From assembly GCA_963632045.1 (NCBI GenBank), contig CAVGTH010000001.1, forward strand, positions 1-56,096: a DNA stretch of 56,096 bases. Reading direction: 5' to 3'. A model generated the notes under the pieces. That model was given only the letters and a program-made list of their open reading frames with translations. It was not told where the DNA came from and ran no database searches. Within the stretch, counting starts at the first letter, position 1, and each line of letters starts with the position of its first letter. A program made the translations under genes and the position numbers. The stretch comes from Roseburia faecis. Lineage in GTDB: Bacteria; Bacillota; Clostridia; Monoglobales; Monoglobaceae. Shown in pieces: positions 1-11,595 of this stretch.

Positions 1-1190
1 CCTTTACCAATAGTTATATAAACATCACTATTGTCAATATATGCACAATTTACTATATTTTTTAAGTTTAATTTACTTGGCAATATAATACCAGAATTTG
101 TAATACGTTCAGTTACTACACCGGCAACCCTCGTTTTAATAGAAGCATCTGTTATAATATCATTTGATGTAATATTATTTACCGTAATATTACCGGTACT
201 GTTAATAATGGCATTCGGGCTTGTGGAAGAACCTCCAACATATAAATAATTACAAGCAAGTTTTCCATTTGATGTAATTGTGGCTCCTGTAATATCGCCA
301 GTACTCTTAATTCGTTCGGTACCGTTAATATTAAGTGAAGTTCCTTTAAGAACACTATTGGCGGTAATATTGGTACCTGTGATATTGGTACCGGTGATAT
401 TTCTACTACTGTCAATAACATTATTACTACCTACTTTATAAGATACCCCTGTAATATTTCCAGAAGAATCGATTCGATTTGTACCATTGATATTAAGAGA
501 ATTTCCATTAAGTATACCAGTTGCGGTAATAGTTTTAGAAATGACACTTTCGGCAGAAATATTTGCGTTATTGTCAATAACAAGCATTGATCCAGCGGCA
601 AATCCCAGTTGAGTCATAGCAGCTTTATTAACGGTTACTGACGCACCTGTAATATCACCATTGTTGGTAATTCGTTCCGTGCCATTGATATTGAGTGAAT
701 TTCCTTTAAGAATACCACTTGCAGTAATATCAGTACCGGTGATATTTCCAACAGAATCAATAATGGGTACACCTCGTATTGTTTTATAAGAAGTCCCCAT
801 AATATTTAGACCATTATCAATAACAGTATAACCACCTAAGTTATAAGAATTATCACTGGTAATTCTTCCTTTTGCATGAATAATACCATTGCTTATAATA
901 GAGCTACTTGTAATATCACTAAAAGTAACATCGCCTAAAGTAATGCTGGCATTTTGAATAGCATCTGTAATAGTCTTTTCACTCGCATCAATCGTATAAG
1001 TACTATCAAGACCAAATACTTTTGCAATACCGGCACATACAAGAGTTGTCATTCTTAACGCGGCATTAAAATCTTCTGCTTTAACAAGACCGCCTGCACT
1101 AAACCCACTTGCTGCAATATTACTGTAATTTTGCTGCTGATTTGCAGTAGCATTAGTGCCAAGCCACGGAGTAAAATTTGTATTTGCCAT
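1..1190 (-). CDS. tail fibre protein, partial (runs off left edge; not in ORF track)
   Basis: ATG at 1190 (MANTNFTPWLGTNA...DFNAALRMTT); open to position 1; Asn/Ile/Thr/Gly-rich with repeated L[KN]G[NT]SLNINGT[EN]RI and GNITG motifs; at distal end of virion operon. Confidence 0.75.
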   Translation of the reverse strand, partial: MANTNFTPWLGTNATANQQQNYSNIAASGFSAGGLVKAEDFNAALRMTTLVCAGIAKVFGLDSTYTIDASEKTITDAIQNASITLGDVTFSDITSSSIISNGIIHAKGRITSDNSYNLGGYTVIDNGLNIMGTSYKTIRGVPIIDSVGNITGTDITASGILKGNSLNINGTERITNNGDITGASVTVNKAAMTQLGFAAGSMLVIDNNANISAESVISKTITATGILNGNSLNINGTNRIDSSGNITGVSYKVGSNNVIDSSRNITGTNITGTNITANSVLKGTSLNINGTERIKSTGDITGATITSNGKLACNYLYVGGSSTSPNAIINSTGNITVNNITSNDIITDASIKTRVAGVVTERITNSGIILPSKLNLKNIVNCAYIDNSDVYITIGK

Positions 1191-1193
1191 AGT

Positions 1194-1991
1194 TTATTCC
1201 TCCGAATCGCTGGCAACAATACCAGCCTTCCGCTTTTCACCGAGTTGCTTCATCACGTAATTATAGGCGTCATCAACTGTACGCCGCTGCACTTGATAAT
1301 AATACATAATAACAGCGAGCAGACGCTTAGTCGGAATTCCGTATTCATTTGCAAGTGCTGTAATGTGGCGTTTCCGTTCTGGGCCAAGCACCCGCACAAA
1401 TTGCGTATAATCCTCAACCGGAAAGACTTTCCATTCATAACGAATGAAATTTCTGAGGCTTCCGGTATTCTCGCCAAACAATTCTTTCGCTTGTTTTTCG
1501 GCCTCTTTTGCAGTCTCTCGTTGTTGACCTTCTGTCAACACGCGCTGCTCTTTGAGCATCGATTCTCTCCAACTTTCAACCTTTTCAGGATCTGTCGGCA
1601 TCGATTTTCCGATTTGGCGGCGCGCCGGGTCATATCTTTCGCGAAATCCATGACGGTCGCTCTCAGTCCAGTCAACTGTATAGTAAGACGTAAACTCAGG
1701 TCTCGTTACAACTGTGAGTTGGTCACGACTTGCATCGTAGTACAGGATGACGTTACCATAAGACCCGTACACGTCTTTATCTCCGGCATCCATATGATTT
1801 CCGAATCTACGAGCTCTTTCAGTATCAACATCGCCGAAATCTTTTCTCACCATTCTGGCAATAAGCTCGTTAATTTTATCTTCTGTAATATCCCCTTTAC
1901 GGAGCATTTTGTTAATATCAGTCGAATATCTGATTTGACCCGAACGCACGATATCTGCGACCGAATCACGAAATTTCTTTGTAAGTTTCAT
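1194..1991 (-). CDS. hypothetical virion-associated protein
   Basis: 265-aa ORF tightly packed in late operon; begins MKLTKKFRDS. Confidence 0.6.
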   Translation of the reverse strand: MKLTKKFRDSVADIVRSGQIRYSTDINKMLRKGDITEDKINELIARMVRKDFGDVDTERARRFGNHMDAGDKDVYGSYGNVILYYDASRDQLTVVTRPEFTSYYTVDWTESDRHGFRERYDPARRQIGKSMPTDPEKVESWRESMLKEQRVLTEGQQRETAKEAEKQAKELFGENTGSLRNFIRYEWKVFPVEDYTQFVRVLGPERKRHITALANEYGIPTKRLLAVIMYYYQVQRRTVDDAYNYVMKQLGEKRKAGIVASDSEE

Positions 1992-1996
1992 AGTTG

Positions 1997-2614
<618 letters not shown>

Positions 2615-2619
2615 TCACC

Positions 2620-3006
2620 TCACTTAATCGCAGCCGAAATATTATATCCTTTACGAAGAGCATCCAACTTTTCAAGATGATCTCTCTCATCCTTCAAAAT
2701 CTCTTCGTAAATGGATTTTTCAATTCCATCTCCTGCATTTCGAATTGCATTTGTATAAAGATCAATCGCTTCTTTTTCAGACGCGATAAGAGCATCAATA
2801 TCTCTCAACGAATCTCTTTGTTGAACCTTGCGACTATTTCCGGCAAGCCGCGCAGGAAGCACTACGTCGAAGTTACAATCATCGCAGCACTTTCCGCTTT
2901 TTGCAACGGGCCATGGATTATTTCCATAGCCCGCGAACTCCTTGCCGCAGATAACACATTCGTTCTTTTTAGAATCTCTCATCATCTGTTTTACGGAGTA
3001 TTTCAT
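2620..3006 (-). CDS. Zn-finger plus half-ferritin-like (ExxH) protein
   Basis: CVICG...GNNPWP...CCDDC followed by EKEAIDLY...DERDH helix pair. Confidence 0.6.
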   Translation of the reverse strand: MKYSVKQMMRDSKKNECVICGKEFAGYGNNPWPVAKSGKCCDDCNFDVVLPARLAGNSRKVQQRDSLRDIDALIASEKEAIDLYTNAIRNAGDGIEKSIYEEILKDERDHLEKLDALRKGYNISAAIK

Positions 3007-3012
3007 AATATT

Positions 3013-3513
3013 TTACGTCCTTTCAGTCGGCCAATTTGTAGTAGCAGGGAACGTCACACGACCTGCTGTCCAACTCCACGTTTGCATTGCTGCAGTATCA
3101 CCGAATACCTGAGACGGAATTCTGGTAATATAGCAATCTTCTGCACGAGCAACTGTATCGGTACCTGCAAATACTTCGATTTTACAACCCGGGAAATCAC
3201 CGTTTTCAAATACCTGAGCCAGCATTTGCAACCGAATAACGTCATCAGACACTTGACGGAGTTGCATTGACACGTTACCGGTTCTGTTCAGATTCTTATT
3301 GTGAACCCACGAACCGGTCACATCACCTTCAGTAGTCCATGTATCGGTTCCGCGTTCAACTGTAATTTCACCTGTAAACGAACCCGTTTGTCCGTTGTTT
3401 CCGGGACCGCCAATCGAAAGAACGGTTCCGCCGATATTTACTCCACCGACCGTAACATTGGCAGGGAGCGTAATCTTCACAAGATGGTCTGCCAGAGAAT
3501 ATCTGTTAATCAT
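3013..3513 (-). CDS. tail tube protein (DUF3277-like)
   Basis: 166 aa, beta-rich, immediately downstream of sheath; GDVTG and QTWSW motifs. Confidence 0.7.
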   Translation of the reverse strand: MINRYSLADHLVKITLPANVTVGGVNIGGTVLSIGGPGNNGQTGSFTGEITVERGTDTWTTEGDVTGSWVHNKNLNRTGNVSMQLRQVSDDVIRLQMLAQVFENGDFPGCKIEVFAGTDTVARAEDCYITRIPSQVFGDTAAMQTWSWTAGRVTFPATTNWPTERT

Positions 3514-3528
3514 TGTTTAATACCTCCC

Positions 3529-4566
3529 TTAAAATACTTCACCGGTAATAACAATCTTACGGACACCGACTTGGTCGCCATAAAGAATGTATACAGGCGG
3601 AATTTGATGATTTGTAATGTTAGCCTCGGTAATCGGACCGACATGAATTTTATAACCATCAATCAACGGTGTATCTTGTGCCGCCACAAGTTCGTTATCG
3701 ATATACAAATCGGGGTCAGTCCACGCCTTCTCGGTAGAAATATATCCGTTTGTAACGAACCGAGTTAAAACGCGAGCGCAAGCATTTTTAACAGAATTGA
3801 TTCCATTCGAATCAAGACGAATCTTACTCACGAGCACTCTCAAAAGGCGATTTGTAAGTTCTTGCGTCAAAACGATTTGCATGAAATCGTTTGTAACACT
3901 TTGACCCTTGCCATCGTCACCACCGAGAATTCTGTAGTCACCGGCCAAATATGCAACTACCGTAGTTTTATCAGTCGGAACACTGGTTGCAATATAGGAC
4001 GCCGCAAGACCTGTAAATCCGTTTGCTACCGTAAAGGTGAAATCTTTCGCAATATCTGCTCTGGTAGAATCCAGATTGGTGAGATATGCGCACATAACAC
4101 CAGCCACGTATTCGTTATCACAAAGAGCCAACCATGCAATAGCGGTGGTCTGCCAACTGTTACTTTTCGGAGTAACAAGCAATTTTTGCTGAATACCGGT
4201 ACCGTTTGCTGTAACAGCGTTAAGAGCATTGTAGTCGCCATAAATGATAACCTCTTCAATCGGAATTTCAACATCCGACTCGTCAGTCCAAATACCGTTT
4301 GTAATCTTAACCGCAGCAACTACATGCACGCTCTTACCGTTATTCGCAGTAAAGGTAGCCATAAATCTTTTAGCCGCTTCATCGCCGGTTATTGCCGAGA
4401 GGGGCTTAGGGTCGGCTTTTGTACCAGCGCCCGTAGTAGTACCGCTGACACTGTAGTAGCCGGCGGTAATCTGAGTATTAACCATAACAATAGTATCATG
4501 ATCGAGTCTATTTTCCGGTTTAATCCTCGTAATATTTACATTAACAAAATCTCTGAGATCAATCAT
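3529..4566 (-). CDS. tail sheath protein (DUF3383-like, compact)
   Basis: N-terminal FVNVNI; C-terminal KIRLDSNGI..FVTNGYI..GYKI..RKIVITG sheath-like end. Confidence 0.75.
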   Translation of the reverse strand: MIDLRDFVNVNITRIKPENRLDHDTIVMVNTQITAGYYSVSGTTTGAGTKADPKPLSAITGDEAAKRFMATFTANNGKSVHVVAAVKITNGIWTDESDVEIPIEEVIIYGDYNALNAVTANGTGIQQKLLVTPKSNSWQTTAIAWLALCDNEYVAGVMCAYLTNLDSTRADIAKDFTFTVANGFTGLAASYIATSVPTDKTTVVAYLAGDYRILGGDDGKGQSVTNDFMQIVLTQELTNRLLRVLVSKIRLDSNGINSVKNACARVLTRFVTNGYISTEKAWTDPDLYIDNELVAAQDTPLIDGYKIHVGPITEANITNHQIPPVYILYGDQVGVRKIVITGEVF

Positions 4567-4580
4567 TGACGTTATCTCCT

Positions 4581-5123
4581 TTATACTTTAATTATATTAA
4601 CCGGTTGAGTAATAGACTCAGCAATGCCGGAATCTCTGGGGTTTACAAGGTTAATTTTGAAATTGCACAACACATCAATTTCAATATCACATCTGGGCCA
4701 CCTCACATTGTTGATAAACTCATTCAAAGAGTTAATTTGCGAGGTATCTATAATTTTAAGTCCGTTTGCATACAATTCTTGTACAGCAGCCGGATATTTG
4801 AAAAGTGCCGCAAGTTTGTAAGCCATTGCATGGGCATAATCACCGTAAATTTTTAGAAACAATCCGTAAGGTGCAATAGCAAACATGTTATCGGTATCAT
4901 AATCGGTAATACCGAAACTATCATTCGGAATCTCCTTGAATTCAAATACGATAAACGTATCCGTAAGAGTAGGAGATTCACCAATCAATTCTGAAATCAT
5001 CTTCCAAGCATCAGGCCCGTAAATCGAATCCCCGTTTAACACAAATTCGCTCGGAAGGTCTATATAATCCAGAATCAATTGTCGTAATGTTTTAAGTGCA
5101 TTTTCGTAGGTGGTAATATTCAT
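4581..5123 (-). CDS. tail terminator / neck protein
   Basis: 180 aa directly upstream of sheath; W.R.DIEIDV C-terminal strand. Confidence 0.55.
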   Translation of the reverse strand: MNITTYENALKTLRQLILDYIDLPSEFVLNGDSIYGPDAWKMISELIGESPTLTDTFIVFEFKEIPNDSFGITDYDTDNMFAIAPYGLFLKIYGDYAHAMAYKLAALFKYPAAVQELYANGLKIIDTSQINSLNEFINNVRWPRCDIEIDVLCNFKINLVNPRDSGIAESITQPVNIIKV

Positions 5124-5533
5124 ACAATCACCTGACCTTCCAAATATTTCAAATACATCTGGAAGTCTTTATAATTAACAAGGTTAATCATCTGGAGAGT
5201 GCAGCTTCGAACACCGTATTCATCATAATCTCGGACAGCCGACACTCTCAAATAACGCTCCTTGTATTTGATAAAGTCACCGATTGATATGCGATACAGG
5301 CTCTTGCAATAGAACCTGTACTGCATATCTTCTGTATTCAAATCGACATTTTGTCGCAAATTTGTACCTTGGCTTTGTAATGACCCTCGAATCGTTTGGT
5401 GATCGTATTGATATGACCGCTTCCCAAGCTCGTTAATGGTTGTACCTTTTACAGGATACCAATCGAAATTGAATGCAAACTCTTCAATCGCATCATAGAA
5501 ATATGTTGGGTCGATTACATGATTTTGGTACAT
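5120..5533 (-). CDS. head closure / head-tail adaptor protein
   Basis: 137 aa, IRGSLQS and IGDFIKY...RV..VRDY pattern; neck position. Confidence 0.55.
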   Translation of the reverse strand: MYQNHVIDPTYFYDAIEEFAFNFDWYPVKGTTINELGKRSYQYDHQTIRGSLQSQGTNLRQNVDLNTEDMQYRFYCKSLYRISIGDFIKYKERYLRVSAVRDYDEYGVRSCTLQMINLVNYKDFQMYLKYLEGQVIV

Positions 5534-5547
5534 TGTTTACACCTCAC

Positions 5548-7182
5548 TCAGACTCTCAAGTCCCAAGCCTTTTCCAGAGCGCGAATCTTTTTATGAAGCT
5601 CGCGGGCTTCATCCTTCAGGTTGTTTTTACGCAATTCCTTTTCAAGAGCAGTATATCTCGTAGCAATTGCACGGCGAGCATCGTCTTTCGACCAGCCCGC
5701 GTCAATAAGAGCATCCGAGCCCTTAGCAATCAATTCATCGATTTCAGAATGTACATCATCAAGTTCGGAAAGAATCGGGCTTCCCTTTTTAAGATGACGA
5801 GCTTCGCGAGACAAACGGTCAACCGAGTAATCCGACTTAATGGACGGATAATCAGTCGGGTCAAAATACGGAGGCGGAGCATCCTTTACCGCTTTTTTCT
5901 TTGCATCCTCAAACAGAATATCTAAATTTTTAAGAAACTTAGGATTTGTATGATAATTTTCAGGTGTAATTTCCACAAGCCAATTATCATTATCATCATA
6001 TACCGAAGCAATGGACAATTCAGATTCAGTTCCCTCATGTTTCCACATAACAGAATAAATATAGTTAATGGCATCTTTTAAAGTGGTAAATACTTTACTT
6101 TCAGAATTATGATCTGTAAAGTCAATAAGTACACTATATTCGGTAGAAGCATCCTTTACCGCTTTTTTAGAATCATAAATAGTATCAACATTTACAAACG
6201 GAATTTTAATATTATGTTTGCTTGCAATACTATTCAAAATATTGATAAGCGGTTCAAGGAGCATTTCATTAAAAAGCATATCTGCTGCTTTTTCAGCACC
6301 AACCTTTTTAATGAATTCTTCCCAACTATCAACGGTTTCACCACTTGCATCTACTACATTCAAGGCAGCTGTTTGCGCATCATCGGAATCGCCAGCAGAC
6401 ACATCAGCATAAAGCAATTCTTTTGCAAGAGTTGTCATATCCATTCTTTTCTTAAGAATTTCATATGCATCTTGTGCCAAATTAGCAGCTTCATCCCAAT
6501 CATCCTTTACCTGCTTTTTGGTATCTTCAACACGAATATCTGCGTCACGTGCACTCGACAGAACAATCTCATCAGTCATGCTGTCGAAAACGAGAGCAAC
6601 GGCAACCTTATTGCCGTCCTTCTTTCCAGCGGCAATTCTTCCGCGGATATCCTTAACAGCAGCAGTCAGGTCGTCAACATACTTGATAGTGACTTCGCCG
6701 TTCTCGTAGGTAATCTTTACACGGTAGGGAGGAATATCATCACGAGCATCTTCGACGGCTTTCTTAGCCATACCCCAGTTTTCACGGAGCTGCTCAATAT
6801 CCGTTCGAAGTTGCTCGGCATTTTTAATACCGAACTTTGTATCGGCTTTTTCAACCAGTTTGAGTGCCTCTTCATACTGGCTAAGCAGCTTTTCAAGCAC
6901 TTCTGGACGATACATCTTAGCATAATTCTTGTGGCTTTCCGAAAGATCTGCTTTCAAATCGCGAACGAGAAATCTCATTTCACGACTAAACATATCCAGA
7001 TCTTCAGCAGCAATCGCAGCCTTCATCTTCGTCGGCATAAACGACGTATTCGTATCAATTCTCTTTTCAAGAGTCACTGCGTCTTTGACTGCTTTCTTTG
7101 CAATCTCAATCAGTTCTTTATAGCTCTTGCCGGCACAGTCACGAATCTGCACCTGATAGCCATTCTTAAATTTTACAATCAT
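5548..7182 (-). CDS. modular virion-associated protein with KKAVKDA linkers (putative internal/cargo polyprotein)
   Basis: 544 aa directly downstream of MCP; five KK[AQ]V[KE]D[AD] linkers. Confidence 0.65.
   Translation of the reverse strand: MIVKFKNGYQVQIRDCAGKSYKELIEIAKKAVKDAVTLEKRIDTNTSFMPTKMKAAIAAEDLDMFSREMRFLVRDLKADLSESHKNYAKMYRPEVLEKLLSQYEEALKLVEKADTKFGIKNAEQLRTDIEQLRENWGMAKKAVEDARDDIPPYRVKITYENGEVTIKYVDDLTAAVKDIRGRIAAGKKDGNKVAVALVFDSMTDEIVLSSARDADIRVEDTKKQVKDDWDEAANLAQDAYEILKKRMDMTTLAKELLYADVSAGDSDDAQTAALNVVDASGETVDSWEEFIKKVGAEKAADMLFNEMLLEPLINILNSIASKHNIKIPFVNVDTIYDSKKAVKDASTEYSVLIDFTDHNSESKVFTTLKDAINYIYSVMWKHEGTESELSIASVYDDNDNWLVEITPENYHTNPKFLKNLDILFEDAKKKAVKDAPPPYFDPTDYPSIKSDYSVDRLSREARHLKKGSPILSELDDVHSEIDELIAKGSDALIDAGWSKDDARRAIATRYTALEKELRKNNLKDEARELHKKIRALEKAWDLRV
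5878..6168. repeat. 21-bp direct repeat (5878-5898, 6148-6168) encoding KKAVKDA linker
   Basis: AGCATCCTTTACCGCTTTTTT twice, 270 bp apart. Confidence 0.9.
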
Positions 7183-7208
7183 TCGTAACTTTCTCCTTTA
7201 TGACAATG

Positions 7209-7272
7209 GAGGCTAAACATTGGCTAAACTTAATCTAATAATGTAGATTACAGATGGCCCATGTTAGCCTCC
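7209..7272 (-). other. long irregular stem-loop between MCP and next gene
   Basis: GGAGGCTAA...TTAGCCTCC outer arms with inner TAATCTA/TAGATTA. Confidence 0.65.
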
Positions 7273-7294
7273 AAAAATTCAGTTTATGCTGTTA

Positions 7295-8389
7295 TTAAGC
7301 AGTGAAATCCCAGTAGGTCACGACACCGAGAGTAGCGCTGTCAGTGTTGTAGGGCATCTGAATCTCAGACACCTGACCAACGAATGCCGACGTGTACGAC
7401 ATCTTATCAATGTTCGGCAGGGTGATGTAGTGCTGAATCGGATAAGGAATATCCACTCTTACAAACTGCTTAGCCTTCTTGTATGCAACGATACGGCCTT
7501 TAGAGTTGGCGCCCATATCATTCAGAGCAGGACGGCCTTCAATACGCAGCTTCAGATCACCAGCCTGAGCAGCGCCGAGGTTGTGGTCAAGCAGGTACTG
7601 ATACAGAGAACTGGTGTACAGAGACGAGAAACGGGACACAAGGTCCGTCATAACGAACGTAGGAACCAGAATCGTATCGGGAAGAATTGCCGTGTTCATG
7701 TTGGACTCGGAGAGATATCTCTCAAAGATTCCATTGAAGAACGCAACAACCGCAGCATCCGTCAGACCTGCAAAGCCCTTACCGGTCGTGCCGGTATTCG
7801 TAACCGTCGCAGCCATAACGTTATCGCTGTTAAACAGACCCTTGCCATCGCCGATACCAGTATAGACGCAGTCCTGAACGAACAGGTCCCAGCCAGCAAC
7901 GATTGCGTTGTTATAGATGTCCTGAATAGACTTCTGGAGGGTGAGCTTCTTCATCTTCTCCAGTTCGATAAACCGCAGGTCATACGCCACCTCGTAGGTG
8001 TAGACCTTAACGCGCATCTGGTTCAGACCAGCATTAACACGAGGAATGTAGTTGACACCGTTACCGACAACGTTTCTCTGAGCGTTCATGATACCGGCCC
8101 AGTCAACGCTGTAGTACTCAACAAAATCAACAAAGCCGCCACCCGTTTCAAACGGGACGTCCTTCTGCCACGTTACAAAGTAAAGCGGCTCATACAGCTC
8201 CTTATGCAACTTTGCAAGAGTCGTAGACAGGAATGCAAAGTTGGAGTCATGAATCTTAGCGTCGCCAATCAGAGTGCGAGCCTGACGGGGACCGTACATA
8301 TCACGCAGAGAAACCGCACGACCTCTCTTGGAGGCTTCAATGCTTTCTGCGAAGAACTTATCGCCGAGCGAAGTATTCTGAGTAAACAT
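7295..8389 (-). CDS. major capsid protein (DUF2184-like, HK97 fold)
   Basis: 364 aa; YTGIG..KGLFNS, PDTILVP, RIVAYKK motifs; biased codon usage; follows scaffold and decoration genes. Confidence 0.85.
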   Translation of the reverse strand: MFTQNTSLGDKFFAESIEASKRGRAVSLRDMYGPRQARTLIGDAKIHDSNFAFLSTTLAKLHKELYEPLYFVTWQKDVPFETGGGFVDFVEYYSVDWAGIMNAQRNVVGNGVNYIPRVNAGLNQMRVKVYTYEVAYDLRFIELEKMKKLTLQKSIQDIYNNAIVAGWDLFVQDCVYTGIGDGKGLFNSDNVMAATVTNTGTTGKGFAGLTDAAVVAFFNGIFERYLSESNMNTAILPDTILVPTFVMTDLVSRFSSLYTSSLYQYLLDHNLGAAQAGDLKLRIEGRPALNDMGANSKGRIVAYKKAKQFVRVDIPYPIQHYITLPNIDKMSYTSAFVGQVSEIQMPYNTDSATLGVVTYWDFTA

Positions 8390-8408
8390 TATATCTTATC
8401 CTCCTTGA

Positions 8409-8900
8409 TTAGATGTTGAATGCAATCTCTGCCAGCTTTACGCCGCCGACAGTCTCTTTGCAACCGGTAAAGTATGCGCCGGGAATATCCGTAGCAGCCG
8501 CGGTGCCAGTCGTAGTAAGCTTACCACCGGCAAGCATTGCAACAGGCGCGCCGTTTGCAATATTCGTATCAGTAGCGCCAGCATCAAGCGGCACTGCAAG
8601 GAATCCCTTAAACATCAGGTTGAACGCATCGCCGGAAACGTACGTTTGGTTCTGAGTAGAAGCCGGATACGTATCGGGAAGCTTCACGTTGGTAGCCAGA
8701 ATGAAACCGGCAACCATATCCGCCGCATCGGAGCATGCCTTATAACGACCAGCGGTAGAACCGAGGGTTACAGGCTCACCAGCCATAACAACAGTCTCAC
8801 CTTCAAGAACCGCGGGAGCGACATCATACTTGTCGCTGATAGTCGGGTAGCCCTGCATAAGCTCTTGAATCTTGTTTTTGATAATCAAGCTCATCTTCAA
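8409..8900 (-). CDS. capsid decoration / cement protein
   Basis: 163 aa Gly/Ala-rich, directly upstream of MCP; start may be ATG at 8894. Confidence 0.7.
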   Translation of the reverse strand: MKMSLIIKNKIQELMQGYPTISDKYDVAPAVLEGETVVMAGEPVTLGSTAGRYKACSDAADMVAGFILATNVKLPDTYPASTQNQTYVSGDAFNLMFKGFLAVPLDAGATDTNIANGAPVAMLAGGKLTTTGTAAATDIPGAYFTGCKETVGGVKLAEIAFNI

Positions 8901-9370
8901 TTACCTCCGTTATATCTTTTTGCCCATGCAAGAGCAATCTCATTATCCTGCTCGATGTCTGTATCAACCGAGTCAGTGACCTTACGGCGCTCGCAAGCGC
9001 CAAAAGATTTCTTAGAATCGTGAACAGGCTTCACCTTTTGAGTAAAGTCTTCATCAGCCTCTTCCTCATAATCATCAGCCTCGGCCTCGATGTCTGCATC
9101 ATCTTCGACCTTCTCTTCTTTCTTCTCTTCCTTCTCTTCGACATCAATGTCAATATCGGAATCGATTTCGTCACCGGCGAAATCCTTATCGTGCTCCTGC
9201 TCTTCAATCTCAAGCAATTGAAGCAGGTCATCAAGATGAGGCAGCAACTTCTTCAACTTCTTCACATCAGCCTTAGAAAGCTCCTCGTCCTTTTCGTCTG
9301 CATCTTGCATATCGCAGTCGTCCGATACCCGAAGGATTCGACCTTTAGAGTCTTTTACCTTAAGTTTCAT
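8897..9370 (-). CDS. capsid scaffolding protein (acidic)
   Basis: very D/E-rich 157 aa upstream of decoration/MCP; own promoter and RBS. Confidence 0.65.
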   Translation of the reverse strand: MKLKVKDSKGRILRVSDDCDMQDADEKDEELSKADVKKLKKLLPHLDDLLQLLEIEEQEHDKDFAGDEIDSDIDIDVEEKEEKKEEKVEDDADIEAEADDYEEEADEDFTQKVKPVHDSKKSFGACERRKVTDSVDTDIEQDNEIALAWAKRYNGGN

Positions 9371-9403
9371 CGTAAAGGTACCTCCCTTTCTTATTATAGT
9401 TTA

Positions 9404-9437
9404 ATTATACCATGGCTTTCCGGGAAAATATAGTAAA
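9404..9437 (-). promoter_or_regulatory. putative late promoter ACTATATTTTC-N14-TATAAT
   Basis: same motif and spacing at 14268-14298 and 32699-32729. Confidence 0.7.
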
Positions 9438-9440
9438 TTT

Positions 9441-11595
<2,155 letters not shown>

